A stretch of 64,000 nucleotides of DNA from Auanema rhodensis (lineage: Eukaryota > Animalia > Nematoda): contig OZ059900.1 in the NCBI GenBank assembly GCA_964057225.1, positions 4,960,001 through 5,024,000 on the forward strand, written 5' to 3'. Position numbers and translations under genes: made by a program. Positions 51,801-63,224 of the stretch are shown one piece after another (the first letter of the stretch is position 1; each line of letters opens with the position of its first letter). The notes below the pieces were generated by a model. It did no database searches. It was not told where the DNA came from and saw only the letters and a program-made list of their open reading frames with translations.

Positions 51801-54800
51801 GGACTTGGAAATTTTTTTTGGTCTGTGAGCCATTCGCATGGCTTAATCCTTGAGGAAAGCTACAGCGCTGACAGATTCAATCAAGTTTAAAAAAAAAATT
51901 TTTTTTCAATTCAGATGTTGACACTCTTTGAAAATGTGTAATAAATGTTTTGAGAGTATCGTGAAAACAAGTTGGAAAAAAACTTTTTTTTGGACTTGGA
52001 AATTTTTTTTGGACTGTGAGCCATTCGCATGGCTTAATCCTTGAGGAAAGCTACAGCGCTGACAGATTCAATCAAGTTAAAAAAAAAATTTTTTTTTCAA
52101 TTCAGATGTTGAAACTCTTTAAAAATGTGTAAAAAATGTTTTGAGAGTATCGTGAAAACAAGTTGGAAAAAAACTTTTTTTTGGACTTGGAAATTTTTTT
52201 TGGACTGTGAGCCATTCGCATGGCTTAATCCTTGAGGAAAGCTACAGCGCTGACAGATTCAATCAAGTTAAAAAAAAATTTTTTTTTCAATTCAGATGTT
52301 GAAACTCTTTAAAAATGTGTAATAAATGTTTTGAGAGTATCGTGAAAACAAGTTGGAAAAAAACTTTTTTTTGGACTTGGAAATTTTTTTTGGACTGTGA
52401 GCCATTCGCATGGCTTAATCCTTGAGGAAAGCTACAGCGCTGACAGATTCAATCAAGTTTAAAAAAAAAATTTTTTTTTCAATTCAGATGTTGAAACTCT
52501 TTAAAAATGTGTAATAAATCTTTTGAGAGTATCGTGAAAACAAGTTGGAAAAAAACTTTTTTTTGGACTTGGAAATTTTTTTTGGACTGTGAGCCATTCG
52601 CATGGCTTAATCCTTGAGGAAAGCTACAGCGCTGACAGATTCAATCAAGTTTAAAAAAAAAATTTTTTTTCAATTCAGATGTTGAAACTCTTTAAAAATG
52701 TGTAATAAATGTTTTGAGAGTATCGTGAAAACAAGTTGGAAAAAAAATTTTTTTTGGACTTGGAAATTTTTTTTGGACTGTGAGCCATTCGCATGGCTTA
52801 ATCCTTGAGGAAAGCTACAGCGCTGACAGATTCAATCAAGTTTAAAAAAAATTTTTTTTTCAATTCAGATGTTGAAACTCTTTAAAAATGTGTAATAAAT
52901 CTTTTGAGAGTATCGTGAAAACAAGTTGGAAAAAAACTTTTTTTTGGACTTGGAAATTTTTTAATAAATGTTTTGAGAGTATCGTGAAAACAAGTTGGAA
53001 AAAAATTTTTTTTTGGACTGTGAGTCATTCGCATGGCTTAATCCTTGAGGAAAGCTACAGCGCTGACAGATTCAATCAAGTTAAAAAAAAATTTTTTTTT
53101 CAATTCAGATGTTGAAACTCTTTAAAAATGTGTAATAAATGTTTTGAGAGTATCGTGAAAACAAGTTGGAAAAAAACTTTTTTTTGGACTTGGAAATTTT
53201 TTTTGGACTGTGAGCCATTCGCATGGCTTAATCCTTGAGGAAAGCTACAGCGCTGACAGATTCAATCAAGTTTAAAAAAAAATTTTTTTTCAATTCAGAT
53301 GTTGACACTCTTTGAAAATGTGTAATAAATGTTTTGAGAGTATCGTGAAAACAAGTTGGAAAAAAACTTTTTATTGGACTTGGAAATTTTTTTTGGACTG
53401 TGAGCCATTCGCATGGCTCAATCCTTGAGGAAAGCTACAGCGCTGACAGATTCAATCAAGTTTAAAAAAAAAAATTTTTTTTTCAATTCAGATGTTGAAA
53501 CTCTTTAAAAATGTGTAAAAAATGTTTTGAGAGTATCGTGAAAACAAGTTGGAAAAAAAATTTTTTTTGGACTTGGAAATTTTTTTTGGTCTGTGAGCCA
53601 TTCGCATGGCTTAATCCTTGAGGAAAGCTACAGCGCTGACAGATTCAATCAAGTTTAAAAAAAAAATTTTTTTTCAATTCAGATGTTGACACTCTTTGAA
53701 AATGTGTAATAAATGTTTTGAGAGTATCGTGAAAACAAGTTGGAAAAAAACTTTTTTTTGGACTTGGAAATTTTTTTTGGACTGTGAGCCATTCGCATGG
53801 CTTAATCCTTGAGGAAAGCTACAGCGCTGACAGATTCAATCAAGTTAAAAAAAAAATTTTTTTTTCAATTCAGATGTTGAAACTCTTTAAAAATGTGTAA
53901 AAAATGTTTTGAGAGTATCGTGAAAACAAGTTGGAAAAAAACTTTTTTTTGGACTTGGAAATTTTTTTTGGACTGTGAGCCATTCGCATGGCTTAATCCT
54001 TGAGGAAAGCTACAGCGCTGACAGATTCAATCAAGTTAAAAAAAAATTTTTTTTTCAATTCAGATGTTGAAACTCTTTAAAAATGTGTAATAAATGTTTT
54101 GAGAGTATCGTGAAAACAAGTTGGAAAAAAACTTTTTTTTGGACTTGGAAATTTTTTTTGGACTGTGAGCCATTCGCATGGCTTAATCCTTGAGGAAAGC
54201 TACAGCGCTGACAGATTCAATCAAGTTTAAAAAAAAATTTTTTTTTCAATTCAGATGTTGAAACTCTTTAAAAATGTGTAATAAATCTTTTGAGAGTATC
54301 GTGAAAACAAGTTGGAAAAAAACTTTTTTTTGGACTTGGAAATTTTTTTTGGACTGTGAGCCATTCGCATGGCTTAATCCTTGAGGAAAGCTACAGCGCT
54401 GACAGATTCAATCAAGTTTAAAAAAAAAATTTTTTTTCAATTCAGATGTTGAAACTCTTTAAAAATGTGTAATAAATGTTTTGAGAGTATCGTGAAAACA
54501 AGTTGGAAAAAAAATTTTTTTTGGACTTGGAAATTTTTTTTGGACTGTGAGCCATTCGCATGGCTTAATCCTTGAGGAAAGCTACAGCGCTGACAGATTC
54601 AATCAAGTTTAAAAAAAATTTTTTTTTCAATTCAGATGTTGAAACTCTTTAAAAATGTGTAATAAATCTTTTGAGAGTATCGTGAAAACAAGTTGGAAAA
54701 AAACTTTTTTTTGGACTTGGAAATTTTTTAATAAATGTTTTGAGAGTATCGTGAAAACAAGTTGGAAAAAAATTTTTTTTTGGACTGTGAGTCATTCGCA

Positions 54801-55100
54801 TGGCTTAATCCTTGAGGAAAGCTACAGCGCTGACAGATTCAATCAAGTTTAAAAAAAAATTTTTTTTTCAATTCAGATGTTGAAACTCTTTAAAAATGTG
54901 TAATAAATGTTTTGAGAGTATCGTGAAAACAAGTTGGAAAAAAACTTTTTTTTGGACTTGGAAATTTTTTTTGGACTGTGAGCCATTCGCATGGCTTAAT
55001 CCTTGAGGAAAGCTACAGCGCTGACAGATTCAATCAAGTTTAAAAAAAAATTTTTTTTCAATTCAGATGTTGACACTCTTTGAAAATGTGTAATAAATGT
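51500..55100. repeat. Local 10-unit HOR (one truncated 69-bp unit + S + 8L), ~1767-bp period, 2 copies
   Basis: Identical junction TGGAAATTTTTT/AATAAATG at ~52962 and ~54729. TTTTATTGGA at ~51605 and ~53373. ORF-track hits 52888 and 54655 are 1767 apart. Confidence 0.9.
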
Positions 55101-58100
55101 TTTGAGAGTATCGTGAAAACAAGTTGGAAAAAAACTTTTTTTTGGACTTGGAAATTTTTTTTGGACTGTGAGCCATTCGCATGGCTTAATCCTTGAGGAA
55201 AGCTACAGCGCTGACAGATTCAATCAAGTTTAAAAAAAAAATTTTTTTTCAATTCAGATGTTGAAACTCTTTAAAAATGTGTAATAAATGTTTTGAGAGT
55301 ATCGTGAAAACAAGTTGGAAAAAAATTTTTTTTTGGACTTGGAAATTTTTTTTGGACTGTGAGCCATTCGCATGGCTTAATCCTTGAGGAGAGCTACAGC
55401 GCTGACAGATTCAATCAAGTTTAAAAAAAAAATTTTTTTTCAATTCAGATGTTGAAACTCTTTAAAAATGTGTAATAAATGTTTTGAGAGTATCGTGAAA
55501 ACAAGTTGGAAAAAAATTTTTTTTTGGACTCGGAAATTTTTTTTGGACTGTGAGCCATTCGCATGGCTTAATCCTTGAGGAAAGCTACAGCGCTGACAGA
55601 TTCAATCAAGTTTAAAAAAAAATTTTTTTTCAATTCAGATGTTGACACTCTTTGAAAATGTGTAATAAATGTTTTGAGAGTATCGTGAAAACAAGTTGGA
55701 AAAAAACTTGTTTTTGGACTTGGAAATTTTTTTTGGACTGTGAGCCATTCGCATGGCTTAATCCTTGAGGAAAGCTACAGCGCTGACAGATTCAATCAAG
55801 TTTAAAAAAAAATTTTTTTTCAATTCAGATGTTGAAACTCTTTAAAAATGTGTAATAAATGTTTTGAGAGTATCGTGAAAACAAGTTAAAAAAAAAATTT
55901 TTTTTGGACTTGGAAATTTTTTTTGGTCTGTGAGCCATTCGCATGGCTTAATCGTTGAGGAAAGCTACAGCGCTGACAGATTCAATCAAGTTTAAAAAAA
56001 AAATTTTTTTTTCAATTCAGATGTTGAAACTCTTTAAAAATGTGTAATAAATGTTTTGAGAGTATCGTGAAAACAAGTTGGAAAAAAACTTTTTTTTGGA
56101 CTTGGAAATTTTTTTTGGACTGTGAGCCATTCGCATGGCTTAATCCTTTAGGAAAGCTACAGCGCTGACAGATTCAATCAAGTTTAAAAAAAAATTTTTT
56201 TTTCAATTCAGATGTTGAAACTCTTTAAAAATGTGTAATAAATGTTTTGAGAGTATCGTGAAAACAAGTTGGAAAAAAACTTTTTTTTGGACTGTGAGCC
56301 ATTCGCATGGCTTAATCCTTGAGGAAAGCTACAGCGCTGACAGATTCAATCAAGTTTAAAAAAAAATTTTTTTTCAATTCAGATGTTGAAACTCTTTAAA
56401 AATGTGTAATAAATGTTTTGAGAGTATCGTGAAAACAAGTTGGAAAAAAATTTTTTTTTGGACTGTGAGTCATTCGCATGGCTTAATCCTTGAGGAAAGC
56501 TACAGCGCTGACAGATTCAATCAAGTTTTAAAAAAAATTTTTTTTCAATTCAGATGTTGACACTCTTTGGAAATGTGTAATAAATGTTTTGAGAGTATCG
56601 TGAAAACAAGTTGGAAAAAAACTTTTTTTTGGACTTGGAAATTTTTTTTGGACTGTGAGCCATTCGCATGGCTCAATCCTTTAGGAAAGCTACAGCGCTG
56701 ACAGATTCAATCAAGTTAAAAAAAAATTTTTTTTTTCAATTCAGATGTTGAAACTCTTTAAAAATGTGTAATAAATGTTTTGAGAGTATCGTGAAAACAA
56801 GTTGGAAAAAAACTTTTTTTTGGACTGTGAGCCATTCGCATGGCTTAATCCTTGAGGAAAGCTACAGCGCTGACAGATTCAATCAAGTTTAAAAAAAAAA
56901 TTTTTTTTTTCAATTCAGATGTTGAAACTCTTTAAAAATGTGTAATAAATGTTTTGAGAGTATCGTGAAAACAAGTTGGAAAAAAACTTTTTTTTGGACT
57001 TGGAAATTTTTTTTGGACTGTGAGCCATTCGCATGGCTTAATCCTTTAGGAAAGCTACAGCGCTGACAGATTCAATCAAGTTTAAAAAAAAATTTTTTTT
57101 TCAATTCAGATGTTGAAACTCTTTAAAAATGTGTAATAAATGTTTTGAGAGTATCGTGAAAACAAGTTGGAAAAAAATTTTTTTTTGGACTTGGAAATTT
57201 TTTTTGGTCTGTGAGCCATTCGCATGGCTTGATCCTTGAGGAAAGCTACAGCGCTGACAGATTCAATCAAGTTTAAAAAAAAATTTTTTTTCAATTCAGA
57301 TGTTGAAACTCTTTAAAAATGTGTAATAAATGTTTTGAGAGTATCGTGAAAACAAGTTGGAAAAAAATTTTTTTTTGGACTGTGAGTCATTCGCATGACT
57401 TAATCCTTGAGGAAAGCTACAGCGCTGACAGATTTAATCAAGTTTTAAAAAAAATTTTTTTTCAATTCAGATGTTGAAACTCTTTAAAAATGTGTAATAA
57501 ATGTTTTGAGAGTATCGTGAAAACAAGTTGGAAAAAAATTTTTTTTTGGACTTGGAAATTTTTTTTGGACTGTGAGCCATTCGCATGGCTTAATCCTTTA
57601 GGAAAGCTACAGCGCTGACAGATTCAATCAAGTTTAAAAAAAAATTTTTTTTTCAATTCAGATGTTGAAACTCTTTAAAAATGTGTAATAAATGTTTTGA
57701 GAGTATCGTGAAAACAAGTTGGAAAAAAATTTTTTTTTGGACTGTGAGTCATTCGCATGGCTTAATCGTTGAGGAAAGCTACAGCGCTGACAGATTCAAT
57801 CAAGTTTAAAAAAAAATTTTTTTTTCAATTCAGATGTTGAAATTCTTTAAAAATGTGTAATAAATGTTTTGAGAGTATCGTGAAAACAAGTTGGAAAAAA
57901 ACTTTTTTTTGGACTTGGAAATTTTTTTTGGACTGTGAGCCATTCGCATGGCTTAATCCTTTAGGAAAGCTACAGCGCTGACAGATTCGATCAAGTTTAA
58001 AAAAAAATTTTTTTTTCAATTCAGATGTTGAAACTCTTTAAAAATGTGTAATAAATGTTTTGAGAGTATCGTGAAAACAAATTGGAAAAAATTTTTTTTT

Positions 58101-58980
58101 TGGACTGTGAGTCATTCGCATGGCTTAATCCTTGAGGAAAGCTACAGCGCTGACAGATTCAATCAAGTTTAAAAAAAAATTTTTTTTCAATTCAGATGTT
58201 GAAACTCTTTAAAAATGTGTAATAAATGTTTTGAGAGTATCGTGAAAACAAGTTGGAAAAAAATTTTTTTTTGGACTGTGAGTCATTCGCATGGCTTAAT
58301 CCTTGAGGAAAGCTACAGCGCTGACAGATTTAATCAAGTTTTAAAAAAAATTTTTTTTCAATTCAGATGTTGACACTCTTTGGAAATGTGTAATAAATGT
58401 TTTGAGAGTATCGTGAAAACAAGTTGGAAAAAAACTTTTTTTTGGACTTGGAAATTTTTTTTGGACTGTGAGCCATTCGCATGGCTTAATCCTTGAGGAA
58501 AGCTACAGCGCTGACAGATTCAATCAAGTTTAAAAAAAAAATTTTTTTTCAATTCAGATGTTGAAACTCTTTAAAAATGTGTAATAAATGTTTTGAGAGT
58601 ATCGTGAAAACAAGTTGGAAAAAAATTTTTTTTTGGACTTGGAAATTTTTTTTGGACTGTGAGCCATTCGCATGGCTTAATCCTTGAGGAAAGCTACAGC
58701 GCTGACAGATTCAATCAAGTTTAAAAAAAAATTTTTTTTCAATTCAGATGTTGACACTCTTTGAAAATGTGTAATAAATGTTTTGAGAGTATCGTGAAAA
58801 CAAGTTGGAAAAAAACTTTTTTTTGGACTTGGAAATTTTTTTTGGACTGTGAGCCATTCGCATGGCTTAATCCTTGAGGAAAGCTACAGCGCTGACAGAT
58901 TCAATCAAGTTTAAAAAAAAAATTTTTTTTCAATTCAGATGTTGAAACTCTTTAAAAATGTGTAATAAATGTTTTGAGAG

Positions 58981-59117
58981 TATCGTGAAAACAAGTTGGA
59001 AGAAATCCTTGAGGAAAGCTACAGCGCTGACAGATTCAATCAAGTTTAAAAAAAAAAATTTTTTTTTCAATTCAGATGTTGAAACTCTTTAAAAATATGT
59101 AATAAATGTTTTGAGAG
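58981..59117. repeat. Truncated 137-bp satellite B monomer lacking the T-tract module and the AGCCAT/ATGGCT hairpin
   Basis: The sequence reads CAAGTTGGAAGAAATCCTTGAGG at 58992-59014. Confidence 0.95.
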
Positions 59118-61060
59118 TATCGTGAAAACAAGTTGGAAAAAAACTTTTTTTTGGACTTGGAAATTTTTTTTGGACTGTGAGCCATTCGCATGGCTTAATC
59201 CTTTAGGAAAGCTACAGCGCTGACAGATTCAATCAAGTTTAAAAAAAAATTTTTTTTTCAATTCAGATGTTGAAACTCTTTAAAAATGTGTAATAAATGT
59301 TTTGAGAGTATCGTGAAAACAAGTTAGAAAAAAATTTTTTTTTGGACTGTGAGTCATTCGCATGGCTTAATCCTTGAGGAAAGCTACAGCGCTGACAGAT
59401 TCAATCAAGTTTAAAAATAAAATTTTTTTTTCAATTCAGATGTTGAAACTCTTTAAAAATGTGTAATAAATGTTTTGAGAGTATCGTGAAAACAAGTTGG
59501 AAAAAAACTTTTTTTTGGACTTGGAAATTTTTTTTGGACTGTGAGCCATTCGCATGGCTTAATCCTTGAGGAAAGCTACAGCGCTGACAGATTCAATCAA
59601 GTTTAAAAAAAAATTTTTTTTCAATTCAGATGTTGACACTCTTTGAAAATGTGTAATAAATGTTTTGAGAGTATCGTGAAAACAAGTTGGAAAAAAACTT
59701 TTTTTTGGACTTGGAAATTTTTTTTGGACTGTGAGCCATTCGCATGGCTTAATCCTTGAGGAAAGCTACAGCGCTGACAGATTCAATCAAGTTTAAAAAA
59801 AAATTTTTTTTCAATTCAGATGTTGACACTCTTTGAAAATGTGTAATAAATGTTTTGAGAGTATCGTGAAAACAAGTTGGAAAAAAACTTTTTTTTGGAC
59901 TTGGAAATTTTTTTTGGACTGTGAGCCATTCGCATGGCTTAATCCTTGAGGAAAGCTACAGCGCTGACAGATTCAATCAAGTTTAAAAAAAAATTTTTTT
60001 TCAATTCAGATGTTGAAACTCTTTAAAAATGTGTAATAAATGTTTTGAGAGTATCGTGAAAACAAGTTGGAAAAAAATTTTTTTTTGGACTTGGAAATTT
60101 TTTTTGGTCTGTGAGCCATTCGCATGGCTTAATCGTTGAGGAAAGCTACAGCGCTGACAGATTCAATCAAGTTTAAAAAAAAATTTTTTTTCAATTCAGA
60201 TGTTGAAACTCTTTAAAAATGTGTAAAAAATGTTTTGAGAGTATCGTGAAAACAAGTTGGAAAAAAACTTTTTTTTGGACTTGGAAATTTTTTTTGGACT
60301 GTGAGCCATTCGCATGGCTTAATCCTTGAGGAAAGCTACAGCGCTGACAGATTCAATCAAGTTTAAAAAAAAAATTTTTTTTTTCAATTCAGATGTTGAA
60401 ACTCTTTAAAAATGTGTAATAAATCTTTTGAGAGTATCGTGAAAACAAGTTGGAAAAAAACTTTTTTTTGGACTTGGAAATTTTTTTTGGACTGTGAGCC
60501 ATTCGCATGGCTTAATCCTCGAGGAAAGCTACAGCGCTGACAGATTCAATCAAGTAAAAAAAAAAATTTTTTTCCAATTCAGATGTTGACACTCTTTGAA
60601 AATGTGTAATAAATGTTTTGAGAGTATCGTGAAAACAAGTTGGAAAAAAACTTTTTTTTGGACTTGGAAATTTTTTTTGGACTGTGAGCCATTCGCATGG
60701 CTTAATCCTTTAGGAAAGCTACAGCGCTGACAGATTCAATCAAGTTTAAAAAAAAATTTTTTTTCAATTCAGATGTTGACACTCTTTGAAAATGTGTAAT
60801 AAATGTTTTGAGAGTATCGTGAAAACAAGTTGGAAAAAAACTTTTTTTTGGACTTGGAAATTTTTTTTGGACTGTGAGCCATTCGCATGGCTTAATCCTT
60901 GAGGAAAGCTACAGCGCTGACAGATTCAATCAAGTTTAAAAAAAAATTTTTTTTCAATTCAGATGTTGACACTCTTTGAAAATGTGTAATAAATGTTTTG
61001 AGAGTATCGTGAAAACAAGTTGGAAAAAAACTTTTTTTTGGACTTGGAAATTTTTTTGGA

Positions 61061-62419
61061 CTGTGAGCCATTCGCATGGCTTAATCCTTGAGGAAAGCTA
61101 CAGCGCTGACAGATTCAATCAAGTTTAAAAAAAAATTTTTTTTCAATTCAGATGTTGACACTCTTTGAAAATGTGTAATAAATGTTTTGAGAGTATCGTG
61201 AAAACAAGTTGGAAAAAAACTTTTTTTTGGACTTGGAAATTTTTTTTGGACTGTGAGCCATTCGCATGGCTTAATCCTTGAGGAAAGCTACAGCGCTGAC
61301 AGATTCAATCAAGTTTAAAAAAAAATTTTTTTTCAATTCAGATGTTGACACTCTTTGAAAATGTGTAATAAATGTTTTGAGAGTATCGTGAAAACAAGTT
61401 GGAAAAAAACTTTTTTTTGGACTTGGAAATTTTTTTTGGACTGTGAGCCATTCGCATGGCTTAATCCTTGAGGAAAGCTACAGCGCTGACAGATTCAATC
61501 AAGTTTAAAAAAAAATTTTTTTTCAATTCAGATGTTGACACTCTTTGAAAATGTGTAATAAATGTTTTGAGAGTATCGTGAAAACAAGTTGGAAAAAAAC
61601 TTTTTTTTGGACTTGGAAATTTTTTTTGGACTGTGAGCCATTCGCATGGCTTAATCCTTGAGGAAAGCTACAGCGCTGACAGATTCAATCAAGTTTAAAA
61701 AAAAATTTTTTTTCAATTCAGATGTTGACACTCTTTGAAAATGTGTAATAAATGTTTTGAGAGTATCGTGAAAACAAGTTGGAAAAAAACTTTTTTTTGG
61801 ACTTGGAAATTTTTTTTGGACTGTGAGCCATTCGCATGGCTTAATCCTTGAGGAAAGCTACAGCGCTGACAGATTCAATCAAGTTTAAAAAAAAATTTTT
61901 TTTCAATTCAGATGTTGACACTCTTTGAAAATGTGTAATAAATGTTTTGAGAGTATCGTGAAAACAAGTTGGAAAAAAACTTTTTTTTGGACTTGGAAAT
62001 TTTTTTTGGACTGTGAGCCATTCGCATGGCTTAATCCTTGAGGAAAGCTACAGCGCTGACAGATTCAATCAAGTTTAAAAAAAAATTTTTTTTCAATTCA
62101 GATGTTGACACTCTTTGAAAATGTGTAATAAATGTTTTGAGAGTATCGTGAAAACAAGTTGGAAAAAAACTTTTTTTTGGACTTGGAAATTTTTTTTGGA
62201 CTGTGAGCCATTCGCATGGCTTAATCCTTGAGGAAAGCTACAGCGCTGACAGATTCAATCAAGTTTAAAAAAAAATTTTTTTTCAATTCAGATGTTGACA
62301 CTCTTTGAAAATGTGTAATAAATGTTTTGAGAGTATCGTGAAAACAAGTTGGAAAAAAACTTTTTTTTGGACTTGGAAATTTTTTTTGGACTGTGAGCCA
62401 TTCGCATGGCTTAATCCTT
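61061..62419. repeat. Run of ~7 identical 190-bp L monomers
   Basis: The sequence repeats exactly at +190 until the CCTTTAGG variant at ~62420. Confidence 0.93.
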
Positions 62420-63224
62420 TAGGAAAGCTACAGCGCTGACAGATTCAATCAAGTTTAAAAAAAAAATTTTTTTTTCAATTCAGATGTTGAAACTCTTTAA
62501 AAATGTGTAATAAGTGTTTTGAGAGTATCGTGAAAACAAGTTGGAAAAAAATTTTTTTTGGACTGTGAGTCATTCGCATGGCTTAATCCTTGAGGAAAGC
62601 TACAGCGCTGACAGATTCAATCAAGTTTAAAAAAAAAATTTTTTTTTCAATTCAGATGTTGAAACTCTTTAAAAATGTGTAATAAGTGTTTTGAGAGTAT
62701 CGTGAAAACAAGTTGGAAAAAAACTTTTTTTTGGACTTGGCAATTTTGTTTGGACTGTGAGCCATTCGCATGGCTTAATCCTTGAGGAAAGCTACAGCGC
62801 TGACAGATTCAATCAAGTTTAAAAAAAAAATTTTTTTTATTTCAGATGTTGACACTCTTTGAAAATGTGTAATAAATGTTTTGAGAGTATCGTGAAAACA
62901 AGTTGGAAAAAAACTTTTTTTTGGACTTGGAAATTTTTTTTGGACTGTGAGCCATTCGCATGGCTTAATCCTTGAGGAAAGCTACAGCGCTGACAGATTC
63001 AATCAAGTTTAAAAAAAAAATTTTTTTTAATTCAGATGTTGACACTCTTTGAAAATGTGTAATAAATGTTTTGAGAGTATCGTGAAAACAAGTTGGAAAA
63101 AAACTTTTTTTTGAACTTGGCAATTTTTTTTGGACTGTGAGCCATTCGCATGGCTTAATCCTTGAGGAAAGCTACAGCGCTGACAGATTCAATCAAGTTT
63201 AAAAAAAATTTTTTTTTTCAATTC

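Noticed and set aside
5982-61077. Ten 61-75 aa ORFs in the supplied track
   Set aside because: All are K/F-rich translations of satellite monomers. They open only where a SNP (e.g. GGCTTGATCC, GTTCAAAC), a homopolymer shift or a truncation junction removes a stop codon. There is no gene context or recognisable domain.
61141-61330. Monomer built from ten 19-bp subrepeats (171, 190 and 209 are multiples of 19)
   Set aside because: Cutting the L monomer into 19-bp frames shows similarity only between the module and the segment before it.
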